From positions 1-60,988 of the forward strand of contig NW_021832141.1 in NCBI RefSeq assembly GCF_006345805.1: a DNA stretch of 60,988 nucleotides. Reading direction: 5' to 3'. Below are positions 9,727-22,253 of this stretch, piece after piece. This stretch comes from Octopus sinensis (Eukaryota). The translations under genes and the position numbers were made by a program. The number at the start of each line of letters is the position of its first letter. Position 1 is the stretch's first letter. The notes beneath the pieces were generated by a model. That model saw only the letters and a program-made list of their open reading frames with translations. It made no database searches and was not told where the DNA came from.

Positions 9727-11574
9727 GACCGCTTTCTACACCCTCGGCCTTCTGGCCTCCACCCGACAGGGGGCCAACATTCTAGCACAGTATGGCTGGG
9801 AGTCCACGTGGCGGAACCGTTCCGATAAATGGCCGATCGTGGAGCACCACGAGCCAGTGGTCGAAGACGATGATGATGACGGCGGAGGCGGTGGCAGTGG
9901 TGGTCGAAGCAGCAGGGCGGGGACGGGTCTCTCCCCCGAAACTCCTAGTGATCATCAGAACATTAGTCTCTCGAGCGGGGGGACTCGGTCAGACAGTGAG
10001 GAGCTGTCGTCGTCGATGGCGACAAACAACCTCCACCTCGGGCTCAGCGGGATGCAGAGCAGTTTCGAGCGGTATGGCTCGTCCGAGGAACGGGATGACC
10101 AGCCACAGCAGCAGCCTAAAGAGTCTGCCCCAGGGGCGGTGGCAGGTGGTCGCAGCAGCTATTCGAGGGGTGGCTTTAAGGCATCCGGTGGCCACGGAGG
10201 CCTCGGAGTCAGAAGTGGGAGCATGGAAGAAAGGGGAAAAGGAGGAGTTAGTAGTAGTGGAAGTGGCACCAAAGACGATTCGGACATCACGCTCCATCGG
10301 GTCGGCAACATCAGTCGCAGCTCGACGCTGCCGCCTCGGTCGAGCGGGTTCGATCGGTCACAAGTGGGCGCAGGTCGTTTCTCTACGAAGAGCAAGTCGA
10401 TGCATGGCTTTGTGAGGGAACGCGGGTTCCTGTCTCCCATGAACCCGCCGCCCGGCACGGCGGCGCCGGCCGTCGACCGGGACCGCGACAGGTCGCCGAC
10501 CAAGTCCCTCCACATCATGCTGTTCTCTTCGTCGCAGTCGGAGAGGTCGTCGATTGACAAGGTCGAGGAAGAGAACTCCGACTCGCTGTCCGAATGCCAG
10601 GAGACCGACCCGGCCGGCGACGAAGAGGAGGAGGAGGAGGAGGACGAGGATCAGCAGCTGGGTGCCGGTCGGAACGACAACGACGACAACAACAACAACA
10701 ATAACAACAACAACAACAACCACCACAACAACAACAACAACCACCACAATGACCACAACCACAACAATCTCAACAACAACAACGGCGATGCGAGCGGCAG
10801 TAGTGGTGGCGGCGGAGGGGGAAGCATCGGCGGGGGTGGCTGGGGAGGGTGCCGTCCGTTTGAGATTGGTGTCTACCGGACACGCGTGGGCAGCCTCCGC
10901 GAGCCACCCCAGAGCACAAGCGACAGCTCGAGGACCAGCAAGAGCCGGGCGGACAGCTTCAACACGGACTCGACAACGAGCGGCGTGAGCTCGTGCGGAG
11001 ACGACTCAGCAGGCCTCGCCCCCCCGCCGCAACCGTTGACGGCCGGTGGCAGCGGCAGCGGCACCTGCTCCTCCGACCCCATGTGCCGCAGTGGCGGCAG
11101 CCCGACGGCGTCCAGCGTCGCCCTCCTCGCCACCACGGACAGCAGCGACTCCTCCTCGGCTGCAGGCCACCACCACCACCACCACCACCACCACCACCAC
11201 CACCTCCAGCACCAGTCGGCGCTGCCGGACACCGGCGGCAAGGACTACGTGCACCCGTCATCGCAACAGCGCAAGCTGGTCAACCTGTCTCGTGTGCCCA
11301 GCATGCGCCGTCACTGCGGCAGCCCGCCTTACGGCATTAAGCCGTGCGTGCAGCTGCAGGGTCTTGAACACGTCGACAACCCGGTCTCCTACACGAGCAC
11401 CCGAGACGCAGCTGGCCTTGCCACTCTGCGGCTCATCCGACGCCAGCGGACGTCCAGCTCGGACGTCGACTCTGACTACGGCCTCAACAACCTGTACGGA
11501 GAGGACGATGCATTTAGCCGCACCTGCAGTATTGGATCGCAGAAAAGCGCAGAGGCCATGAGTTTCCACGAATC
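9727..11574 (+). CDS. RICTOR: RICTOR large exon (1848 nt; end of armadillo-like region plus low-complexity disordered region)
   Basis: Acceptor ttcctttgcag, donor TC|GTAAGT. TAFYTLGLLASTRQGANIL matches vertebrate TCVYVLGLIAKTKQGCDIL; YTSTRDAAGLATL matches YISSRDALGYATL. Confidence 0.93.
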
Positions 11575-11684
11575 GTAAGTACCTCGTTTCTTTGCCCCCT
11601 CACACACCTTTCAAAGATATCTTGCTTTCTGTGTGTGTGTGTGTGTGTGTTTGTGTGTGTGTCTGTGTGTGTGTGTTTGTGTGT

Positions 11685-11718
<34 letters not shown>

Positions 11719-12643
11719 TGTGTGTGTCTGTGTGTGTGGTGTTTGTGTGTGTGTGTATGTGTGCATGTGTGTGTGTGTTTGTGCGTTTGTGTGTGTTTGT
11801 GTGTGTGTGTTTGTGTGTGTGTGTTTGTGTGTGTGTTTGTGTGTTTGTGTGTTTGTGTGTGTGTTTTTGTGTGTTTGTGTGTGTGTGTGTATGTTGTGTC
11901 TGTCTGTGTGTGTATGAGTGTACATACATACACCTGGGATGAGGACTGCTACTTTTTAGTGGCGGTGCCCCAGCATGGCCACATCTCGTGAGCTGAAACC
12001 AGATAAAATAAAATAAAATAAAATAAATATATGTGTGTGTGTGTGGTTGTGTGTGATGCATACATATATATGTGTGTGTGTGTGTTTGCATATACTGTAT
12101 GGACCTGTATACGTATGTATGTGTGTGCATGTGTGCATGCATATGGATATGATGATCATCATCGTGCAACATCCAACTTCCATGCTGGCATGGGTTGGAT
12201 GGTTTGACGGGAGATGGTCAGAGGGGAGCATGCGCCAGACTTCTGTCTGTTTTGGCAGGGTTTTTACAACTGGATGCCCTTCCTAACACCAACCAGCCTG
12301 CAGAGAGGGCTGAGTTCTTTTTATGTGGCACTAGCTCAAGTAAGGTCGGTTTTGGCATGATTTTTACAGCTGGATGACCTTCCAGATGCCAACCACTTTA
12401 CAGTGTGGACTTGATGCTTTTCATGTGGCAACAGCACTGGCAGGGTCACCAAATATCTTGCAAAACAAAGATCCTTTGAGTGGGGAGAGGGTATTGGAGG
12501 AGGTGATCTTGTACCAGATGAAAGAAGCCAGTCTTGTATATCTATATGTATATATATATGTGTGTGTCTGTGTTTGTCCCCGCCAACATCGCTTGACAAC
12601 CAATGCTGGTGTGTTTACGTCCCCGTAAACTTACCGGTTCTGC

Positions 12644-15169
12644 AAAAGAGACCAATAGAATAAGTCCTGGGGTCGATTTGATCGACTAAAGGCGGTGCTC
12701 CGGCATGGCCGCAGTCAAATGACTGAAACAAGTAAAAGAGACCAATAGAATAAGTACTAGGCTTGCAAAGAATAAGTCCTGGGGTCGATTTGCTCGATCG
12801 ACTAAAGGCGGTGCTCCAGCATGGCCACAGTCAAATGACTGAAACAAGTAAAAGAGACCAATAGAATAAGTACTAGGCTTGCAAAGAATAAGTCCTGGGG
12901 TCGATTTGCTTGATGACTAAAGGCGGTGCTCCAGCATGGCCACAGTCAAATGACTGAAACAAGTAAAAGAGACCAATAGAATAAGTACTAGGCTTGCAAA
13001 GAATAAGTCCTGGGGTCGATTTGCTCGATCGACTAAAGGCGGTGCTCCAGCATGGCCACAGTCAAATGACTGAAACAAGTAAAAGAGACCAATAGAATAA
13101 GTACTAGGCTTGCAAAGAATAAGTCCTGGGGTCGATTTGCTCGATCGATTAAAGGCGGTGCTCCAGCATGGCCACAGTCAAATGACTGAAACAAGTAAAA
13201 GAGACTGATAGAATAAGTACTGGGCTTACAAAGAATAAGTCCTGGGGTCGATTTGCTCGATTGACTAAAGGCGGTGCTCCAGCATGGCCACAGTCAAATG
13301 ACTGAAACAAGTAAAAGAGACCAATAGAATAAGTACTAGGCTTGCAAAGAATAAGTCCTGGGGTCGATTTGCTCGATCGATTAAAGGCGGTGCTCCAGCA
13401 TGGCCACAGTCAAATGACTGAAACAAGTAAAAGAGACTGATAGAATAAGTACTAGGCTTACAAAGAATAAGTCCTGGGGTCGATTTGCTCGATCGATTAA
13501 AGGCGGTGCTCCAGCATGGCCACAGTCAAATGACTGAAACAAGTAAAAGAGACTGATAGAATAAGTACTAGGCTTACAAAGAATAAGTCCTGGGGTCGAT
13601 TTGCTCGATTGACTAAAGGCGGTGCTCCAGCATGGCCACAGTCAAATGACTGAAACAAGTAAAAGAGACTGATAGAATAAGTTACTGGGCTTACAAAGAA
13701 TAAGTCCTGGGGTCGATTTGCTCGATCGATTAAAGGCGGTGCTCCAGCATGGCCACAGTCAAATGACTGAAACAAGTAAAAGAGACTGATAGAATAAGTA
13801 CTAGGCTACAAAGAATAAGTCCTGGGGTCGATTTGCTCGATCGATTAAAGGCGGTGCTCCAGCATGGCCACAGTCAAATGACTGAAACAAGTAAAAGAGA
13901 CTGATAGAATAGTACTGGGCTTACAAAGAATAAGTCCTGGGGTCGATTTGCTCGATCGATTAAAGGCGGTGCTCCAGCATGGCCACAGTCAAATGACTGA
14001 AACAAGTAAAAGAGGACTGATAGAATAAGTACTAGGCTTACAAAGAATAAGTCCTGGGGTCGATTGCTCGATCGATTAAGGCGGTGCTCCAGCATGGCCA
14101 CAGTCAAATGACTGAAACAAGTAAAAGAGACTGATAGAATAAGTACTAGGCTTACAAAGAATAAGTCCTGGGGTCGATTTGCTCGATTGACTAAAGGCGG
14201 TGCTCCAGCATGGCCACAGTCAAATGACTGAAACAAGTAAAAGAGACTGATAGAATAAGTACTGGGCTTACAAAGAATAAGTCCTGGGGTCGATTTGCTC
14301 GATCGATTAAAGGCGGTGCTCCAGCATGGCCACAGTCAAATGACTGAAACAAGTAAAAGAGACTGATAGAATAAGTACTAGGCTTACAAAGAATAAGTCC
14401 TGGGGTCGATTTGCTCGATTGACTAAAGGCGGTGCTCCAGCATGGCCACAGTCAAATGACTGAAACAAGTAAAAGAGACTGATAGAATAAGTACTGGGCT
14501 TACAAAGAATAAGTCCTGGGGTCGATTTGCTCGATTGACTAAAGGCGGTGCTCCAGCATGGCCACAGTCAAATGACTGAAACAAGTAAAAGAGACTGATA
14601 GAATAAGTACTGGGCTTACAAAGAATAAGTCCTGGGGTCGATTTGCTCGATTGACTAAGGCGGTGCTCCAGCATGGCCACAGTCAAATGACTGAAACAAG
14701 TAAAAGAGACTGATAGAATAAGTACTGGGCTTACAAAGAATAAGTCCTGGGGTCGATTTGCTCGATCGATAAAGGCGGTGCTCCAGCATGGCCACAGTCA
14801 AATGACTGAAACAAGTAAAAGAGACTGATAGAATAAGTACTGGGCTTACAAGAATAAGTCCTGGGGTCGATTTGCTCGATCGATAAAGGCGGTGCTCCAG
14901 CATGGCCACAGTCAAATGACTGAAACAAGTAAAAGAGACTGATAGAATAAGTACTAGGCTTACAAAGAATAAGTCCTGGGGTCGATTTGCTCGATTGACT
15001 AAAGGCGGTGCTCCAGCATGGCCACAGTCAAATGACTGAAACAAGTAAAAGAGACTGATAGAATAAGTACTAGGCTTACAAAGAATAAGTCCTGGGGTCG
15101 ATTTGCTCGATTGACTAAAGGCGGTGCTCCAGCATGGCCACAGTCAAATGACTGAAACAAGTAAAAGAG
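12644..15169 (+). repeat. tandem array of the SINE A 3' tail, about 116 bp x about 22
   Basis: Unit GAGAC(T/C)RATAGAATAAGTACT...GTCAAATGACTGAAACAAGTAAAA; preceded by a SINE A body at 12520-12643. Confidence 0.95.
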
Positions 15170-15479
15170 TATGTGTTGCTTGTGTATGTGATTATGCAAG
15201 CATGTGTGTGTCTCTGGTGCAGTGTGTGTATGCACCTGGCTGAATGCACCTGAGTGCATGTGTTTGTTTCACTTCCCTTTTGTTATTATTATTATTATTA
15301 TTATTTTTAAAATTCATTTTATAGTTTTTCTTTTTATTATTGTTGCATCTATTGTTGCTGTTGTTGTTGTTGTCGTCCTCTGTTTTCTTGGCAAAGTGTC
15401 AGGTGACTTTGAGCTTCCTTTGAGCTTTACTGCCCCAGAGTGTCAGACAAAATGCCTTGTGTTATTACATCCTTCCTGA

Positions 15480-15897
15480 GGCGCAGGAGTGGCTATGTGG
15501 TAAGTAGCTTGCTAACCAACCACATGGTTGCGGGTTCAGTCCCACTGCGTGGCATCTTGGGCAAGTGTCTTCTGCTATAGCCCCGGGCCGACCAATGCCT
15601 TGTGAGTGGATTTGGTAGACAGAAACTGAAAGAAGCCTGTCGTATATATCTATATATGTATATATATATGTGTGTGTTTGTGTGTCTGTGTTTGTCCCCC
15701 TAGCATTGCTTGACAACCGATGCTGGTGTGTTTACGTCCCTGTCACTTAGCGGTTCGGCAAAAGAGACCGATAGAATAAGTACTGGGCTTGCAAAGAATA
15801 AGTCCCGGGGTCGATTTGCTCGACTAAAGGCGGTGCTCCAGCATGGCCGCAGTCAAATGACTGAAACAAGTAAAAGAGTAAAAAAGAGAGTAAAGAG
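15480..15897 (+). mobile_element. tRNA-derived SINE family A (CORE-like), full length
   Basis: A-box TGGCTGTGTGG, B-box GGTTCAGTCCC, CORE-like CTTGGGCAAGT, internal (TA)n(TG)n, tail ending GTAAAAGAG repeats. Other near-full copies at 30278-30676(+), 34896-35692(-), 37853-38265(+), 48914-49325(+), 59545-60133(-), 60333-60878(+); fragments at 6488-6657(-), 21035-21185(-), 21903-22078(+), 22275-22380(-), 45460-45790(+), 46800-47280(-). Confidence 0.85.
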
Positions 15898-16243
15898 TAT
15901 ATAGTCAAAGGGCTGGCTTCCCGGTCCATTGCAGGATTACTGATTTTTGCTGGCCGAGTGGACTGGGCCAACATTCCGTGTTTTGCTTAAGAATACAACG
16001 GGTTGCCCGTCCAGGGATTGAAACCACAGTTTTGTGATTTGAGTCCAACTTCCTTACCACTGAGCTTCACAAATTGCTTGGCAGCATTTCTTCTGGTGTT
16101 ATTATGTTCTGTGTTCAAATGTTGCCAAGGTGGACTTTGCCTTTCACTCTTTTGGCGTCCCTAAAATAAATACCAGTTGAGGCCTGAGCATGATCTAATT
16201 CCCCCACCCAAAAATTTCGGGCCTTCTGTTCATAGTAGAAGGG

Positions 16244-16269
<26 letters not shown>

Positions 16270-16274
<5 letters not shown>

Positions 16275-16830
16275 GAGTGAGAGAGCAGTTCATGCTATCA
16301 AAGTGACACTGGGGTAAAATATACGAAGCCCAATATACCCATCATGACTACCCGTCTGATAAGGGTACACCAGGCACATGCATCACAACCATATGTGCGC
16401 GACATGGTGATCTTATATCATGATAAACAGTGCATGACCTTGCAGGTGGGGCCCAGTTAGAATTTTCTTCAGTCCAGTAGCCCATCCCGCTCAAAAGGTC
16501 CCTGAATAAGGGTTGTTTAAGGATGTTGAAAGAACCACCCATTTTCCAGAGGTGAATTATTCAAACCCCAAAGAATCCCTCTCAACACATGGCTATGATG
16601 CTCCCCCACTACTTCTGCTCGTGATCAGAGATGCACATATCGTCAGCCACTAAGGGACATGCTCAACTGGTTAAAGTCAAACAACTGACAAGCAAATCTG
16701 TGGTATTGAGCAGATTATTTGCTGTAGCCCATCTTTTATACCAAGACAGAACAATGTACATGATAACACTTCCAATCAGTTAAGATCAGAAGCCATGAGA
16801 GCCACTGCCTGGTACTGCATCAGGGCATTA
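16270..16830 (-). mobile_element. dispersed retroposon-like repeat with (AAT)n tail
   Basis: Near-identical second copy at about 54955-55300; (TTA)n at the left end. Confidence 0.6.
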
Positions 16831-17637
16831 TTTTCTTCTTCTTCTTCTTCTTCTTCTTCACATTCTTCTTCTTCTTCTTCTTCTTCTTCTTCTTCACATT
16901 CTTCTTCTTCTTCTTCTTCTTCTTCTTCCTCTTCTCCTTCCCTTCTTCCTCCTCTTCTTCTTCCTCTTCTTCCACTTCCTCCTCTTCTTCTTCCTCTTCT
17001 TCTTCCTCTTCTTCTTCCTCTTCTTCTTCCTCTTCTTCCACTTCCTCCTCTTCTTCTTCCTCTTCTTCTTCCTCTTCTCCTCCTCCTTCTCCTCTTCTTC
17101 TTCCTCTTCTTCCTCCTCCTTCTCTACTTCTGCCACTTTCTCTTCTTCTTCATCTTCTTCCTCCTCCTTCTCCTCTTCTTCTTCTTCATCTACTTCCTCT
17201 TCTTCCACTTCCTCTTCTTCTTCCACTTCTACTTCTTCCTCCTCCTCCTCCTCCTTCTTCTTCTTCTTCCTCTTGTCTCAAACAAAAACAGACACACCGG
17301 TAGCCGCAAGTGCATTACACTTGCACGCATGCATTATCACACACTTTCTCGATCTGTTGCTACACCTGCAGACGTCTGTCCGTTTGCATAACATTGCAAA
17401 AATTCTGTTGCACCGCCCCCCACAACCCCCACTCCTTCAACAACAGCAACGACCCCCCCCCCTCCTCCGCCCTCATTGAGTTACCCCCCGGTACCTATGC
17501 TTCCGTCGCACTGCATTAGTTTGCATGCTGCATGCTGGTAATTGCATATCTCTGACTTATCACACACACACACACACACATGCATGCACACACGTGCATG
17601 CATCTCTTGTTGCTTGTAATAAGAATGGGTCCGAATG

Positions 17638-19120
17638 GGATCTTTTCCATTTGAAGGCCAGATTTCAACACAATTTCTAGTTAAACTAAACACTTTAAAA
17701 CTTCGTATACTGGTAGAATGTGTCAAAAGAAAACATTTTTTGGATCTTTTCCATTTGAAGGCCAGATTTCAACACAATTTCTAGTTAAACTAAACACTTT
17801 AAAACTTCGTATACTGGTAGAATGTGTCAAAAGAAAACATTTTTTGGATCTTTTCCATTTGAAGGCCAGATTTCAACACAATTTCTAGTTAACTAAACAC
17901 TTTAAAACTTCGTATACTGGTAGAATGTGTCAAAAGAAAACATTATTTTCACTTGGCTTTTTTGAGAAATTTGTAATTCATATACCGAAAGTGTGTATTA
18001 CGGAAAGCGTGTGTATAAAATTATAGAATTATTTTGTATCGTAAAAAGCACCCACTACACTCGCGGAGTGGTTGGCGTTAGGAAGGGCATCCAGCCGTAG
18101 AAAATCTGCCAGATCAGACTGGAGCCTGGAGCAGCCCCTGGCTTCCCAGACCCCGGTCGAACTGTCCAACCCGTGCTAGCGCGGAAAACGGACGTTAAAC
18201 GATGATGATGATGATGATGATGTTAATTGCTTAAATTATTTTCCATTGCTTTAGTTTTTTTACACGCGTAATAATTAAATTAATTTAACAATTAAGAAAA
18301 AAACATTTAGGGTTAGGGTTAGGTTGAGGGTTAGTTACAGGATGTTGTCTCAGTTTTAGACGCAGCAAATGATTTTAGCTCAAAAGAGAGCATAGAATTG
18401 GTTCATCATCATCATCATCGTTTAACGTCCGTTCTCCATGCTAGCATGGGTTGGACGGTTCGACCGGGGATCTGGGAAGCCAGAAGGCTGCACCAGGCTC
18501 CGGTCTTATCTGGCAATGTTTCTACAGCTGGATGCCCTTCCTAATGCCAACCACTCCGCGAGTGTAGTGGGTGCTTTTTACGTGCCACCTGCACTGGAGC
18601 CAGGCGAGGCTGGCATCGGCCACGGTCGGATTGGTGCATTTTACGTGCCACCTGCACGGAAGCCAGTCGAGGCGGCACTGGCTTCGGCCACGATTCGGAT
18701 GGTGCTTTTTACGTGCCACCGACACGGAAGCCAGTCGAGGCGGCACTGGCTTCGGCCACGATTTGGATGGTGCTTTTTACGTGCCACCGACACGGAAGCC
18801 AGTCGAGGCGGCACTGGCTTCGGCCACGATTCGGATGGTGCTTTTTACGTGCCACCGACACGGAAGCCAGTCGAGGCGGCACTGGCATCGGCCACGATTC
18901 GGATGGTGCTTTTTACGTGCCACCGACACGGAAGCCAGTCGAGGCGGCACTGAAAATTCGAAAAATTAAACTACGTTAAACAAACGAATTACAAATTTAT
19001 CAAGAAAGCCTAGTGAAAATAATGTTTTTCTTTTGACACATTCTACCAGTATACGAAGTTTTAAAGTGTTTAGTTAACTAGAAATTGTGTTGAAATCTGG
19101 CCATCAAAAGGAAAACATCC
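17638..19120. mobile_element. TIR element with about 135-bp inverted arms, carrying nested RTE tails
   Basis: 17846-17979 is the reverse complement of 18986-19120; the outer 104 bp of the left arm is triplicated (starts 17638, 17742, 17846). Confidence 0.65.
18575..18951 (+). repeat. 68-bp tandem repeat (about 5.5 copies) in an RTE 3' UTR
   Basis: Unit starts at 18711 and 18779 (ACGTGCCACCGACACGGAAGCC...GGATGGTGCTTTTT). Confidence 0.9.
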
Positions 19121-19469
19121 GAAGAATGGAAAGAAACCAAAATCTTGAGAAGAAATTTAACATAATAAACTCCTTGCCGTTTGAATCGGTCTTATTTGGT
19201 CGAAATGCCGTACCTGTTTTATGTTCGAACCAGCCAGATCCAGCCTCTACAATGTCCTGCTAAATATAAGCAATCACATCACTGAAGTCTCAGTGCTATG
19301 CGATAATGCATGATCAATTGAAAGACAGTGTAAATAAATAAGGATTAAATTTAAGACAGGGTTAAGACAGGGTGGCCACGACTGGGATGCCTTTGTGATC
19401 CTGTTTACTCGGTCACGACTGAATTAGGAAGGAGCACAAAAAGGGACAAAGACATCCCTTTCCTTCTCT

Positions 19470-19506
19470 TTTCCGCCCTCTTTCTCTCTCTCTCTCTCTC
19501 TCTCTC

Positions 19507-19538
<32 letters not shown>

Positions 19539-19750
19539 TTACATAAATATAATATACATAAATATATATATATACATATATATATGTATATATATATAAT
19601 ATATATATATATATACATATTATATATGTATATATATATATATATATATACATATATGTATATTATATATAATATATCTATACATAATATATATCTAACT
19701 ATATATATATATAATATATATATACATACATATATATTACATATATATAT

Positions 19751-19815
<65 letters not shown>

Positions 19816-19829
19816 TATATATATATAAC

Positions 19830-19885
<56 letters not shown>

Positions 19886-19940
19886 TTATATATATACACA
19901 CACACACATATCTATATATATATATATATATATATATTTC
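19470..19940. repeat. (TA)n-rich microsatellite
   Basis: Directly visible; other TA/CA/TG tracts at 9390-9655, 11628-12150, 45800-47720, 56200-58930. Confidence 0.95.
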
Positions 19941-20073
19941 TCTCTTTCTCAAAAAGCAAGCATGCCATGCCTCTCTCTGCTCCACCCTCTACCCCCACCC
20001 CCTGCAACTATAATGTAGATACGTGCGTGTATATATGTGTGGTGCCTGTGGGCCCCCCTCGTTCTGTTTGCAG

Positions 20074-20175
20074 GAAGAAAGGTTCAAAGACACCGAAACG
20101 GCCGACCCTGAAACGCGTCCAGTCCGTCAGACTGGACAGCTTCAAAGATCGGCAACAGCAGGAGGAGGACGAGAG
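20074..20175 (+). CDS. RICTOR: RICTOR exon (KKGSKTPKRPTLKRVQSVRLDSFKDRQQQEEDER)
   Basis: Acceptor ttctgtttgcag, donor AG|GTGATT; phase 2/2 fits both neighbours. Weak sequence conservation, so it could be a cassette exon. Confidence 0.7.
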
Positions 20176-20779
20176 GTGATTTCACTGTTATATCTGCCTC
20201 CCCCATGCCGCCACCCGCCAGCCTGCCCGCCCGCCCATCCACCTTGCCTCCACTCTCACCCATGCCCCCCACACTTACCTACTTACTTACCTACTCACCC
20301 CCACCCCCAACGCCCACACACACTTACCTACTCACCCCCCACCCCCACGACGCTACTGTCCGTCATCCCGTCTCTACGACAACCGAGTAGGGGCATCGCT
20401 AACAATAACTCATCGCCACCAGATTCCCGTCTGATTCCCCAATTCATTGCCAAACCAACTCCTTTGTTTGAGCCATCATCATCACCATCATCATCTTCAC
20501 TGTTTTAACATCCACTTTTTCCATGCCTGCATGTGTTAGATGAGATATATAGAGACAAAGGGGGCAGTTTTTTTTTCCTTTTCTATGGTTAGATGCACTT
20601 CCTGTTGCTCAATCTTGCCTTTCATCCTTTGAGGGTCGATAAATTAAGTACCAGCGATGTTTGTGGGACAAACACAGACACACAAACATATACACACACA
20701 TCTATCTATCTATCCGCTCAGTCGAAGTCGACTCTCGGTTACTCCATGGATTAGTGTCCTCCAGTCAGTTCTATCCTGG

Positions 20780-20960
20780 GCCGCTTCTTTCAGACTGGCT
20801 ATGTCCATTCCGGTATCACTCTTGATGGTGTCAAGCCAGCGGGTTCTTGGTTGGCCTCTTCCTCTCTTGCCACTGACCATTCCGAGTGCATGATATCCTT
20901 CTCCAGGGATTTTCTCCTCATAATATGACCATGATATGCCAATCTATGTTTGGTGATCCT
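20780..20960 (-). mobile_element. RTE/BovB-like LINE fragment
   Basis: Peptide RLAYHGHIMRRKSLEKDIM followed by frameshifted GRGRPRTRWLD-like sequence. Confidence 0.55.
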
Positions 20961-20971
20961 ACACACACATT

Positions 20972-21028
<57 letters not shown>

Positions 21029-22069
21029 CATATATAAGACAGGCTTCTTTCAGTTTCCATCTACCAAATCCACTCACAAGGCTTTGGTCAGCCCAAGGCT
21101 ATAGTAGAAGGTACAACACAGTGGGACTGAACCCGGAACCATGTGGTTGGTATGCAAGCTACTTACCACACAGCTACTCCTGTGCTTGATGAACAAATAA
21201 AGGCGGCGAGCTGGCAGAAATGGTAGCGCACTGGGTGAAATGCTTAGCGGTATTTCGTCTGCCGTTACGTTGTGAGTTCAAATTCCGCCAAGGTCGACTT
21301 TGCCTTTCATCCTTTCGGGGTCGATTAAAAAGTACCAGTTACGCACTGGGGTCGATATAATCGACTTAATCCATGTGTCTGTCTTTGTTTGTCCCCTCTA
21401 TGTTTAGCCCCTTGTGGGCAATAAAGAAATAGGATGAAGAAATTCTCAGAATAGGTTGAAGGTTTCGTGCAAAGGACTCCTATTCAATATCTGTATGATG
21501 TATTCTATAACATATAGTCTTCTGCTGTAGCCTTGGGCTGATCCTTGTGAGTAGATTTGATAGATGGAAACTGGAAGAAGCTCATCATATATATATATGT
21601 GTCTGTGTGTCTGTATTTGTTCCCCATCACCACTTGACAGCCAGTGTTGGGGTGTTTATATCTCCCATAACTTAGCGGTTCGGCAAAAGCGACTGATAGA
21701 ATAAGTACCAAGCTTTAAAATAGAAAATTAAGTACTGGGGCTGCTTCATTCAACTAAAAATTCTTCAGTGCCCCCGCTTGGGCTCAGTCTAATGACTATA
21801 AAAGATAAAAACAAAATAGCCTTGTTTTTGCCTCACTGGTTTAAAACATATTCATTTGTGAAGGGCACACTTGGAAACTCGAAAGAAAATTATTTAGTAA
21901 CACAGGCGCAGGAGTGGCTGTGTGGTAAGTAGCTTGCTTACCAACCACATGGCTCCAGGTTCAGTCCCACTACGTGGCACCTTGGGCAAGTGTCTTCTAC
22001 TATAGCCTCGGGCCGACCAAAGCCTTGTGAGTGGATTTGGTAGACAGAAACTGAAAGAAGCCCGTCATA

Positions 22070-22100
<31 letters not shown>

Positions 22101-22101
<1 letters not shown>

Positions 22102-22222
22102 AATCAATATTAGGGTAGCAAAAAATTCAATAGAAATTATTTTGCCACCAGCGGTCTAGTGGCAAAATAATTTCTGGTGGCAAAATAATTCTATTGAATT
22201 TTTTGCTACCCTAATATTGATT

Positions 22223-22223
<1 letters not shown>
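22101..22223. mobile_element. palindromic MITE-like element inside (TA)n
   Basis: About 50-bp inverted arms 22101-22151 and 22174-22223, 22-bp spacer. Confidence 0.65.

Positions 22224-22253
<30 letters not shown>

Noticed and set aside
9989-11569. Antisense or overlapping genes in the large exon
   Set aside because: Shadow ORFs are expected in GC-rich, trinucleotide-repeat coding sequence; I saw no splice signals or recognisable motifs.
13200-13320. Hammerhead (retrozyme) in the SINE A tail unit (hairpin AGTC-AAAT-GACT followed by GAAACAAGTA)
   Set aside because: GAAAC..GTA and a hairpin are present, but no CTGANGA precedes the hairpin. The nearest CTGATAGA is about 90 nt away and non-canonical, and stem I cannot be formed.
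15480-15560. tRNA genes at the SINE heads
   Set aside because: A and B boxes are present, but there is no complete cloverleaf, and they continue into multicopy SINE bodies.
18306-18330. Interstitial telomere
   Set aside because: Only about three TTAGGG units, located inside a TIR element.
20180-20508. Extension of the 20074 exon or an extra exon in the C-rich segment
   Set aside because: The RICTOR frame stops at TGA 20177-79; the longer ORF is in another frame and has no usable donor.
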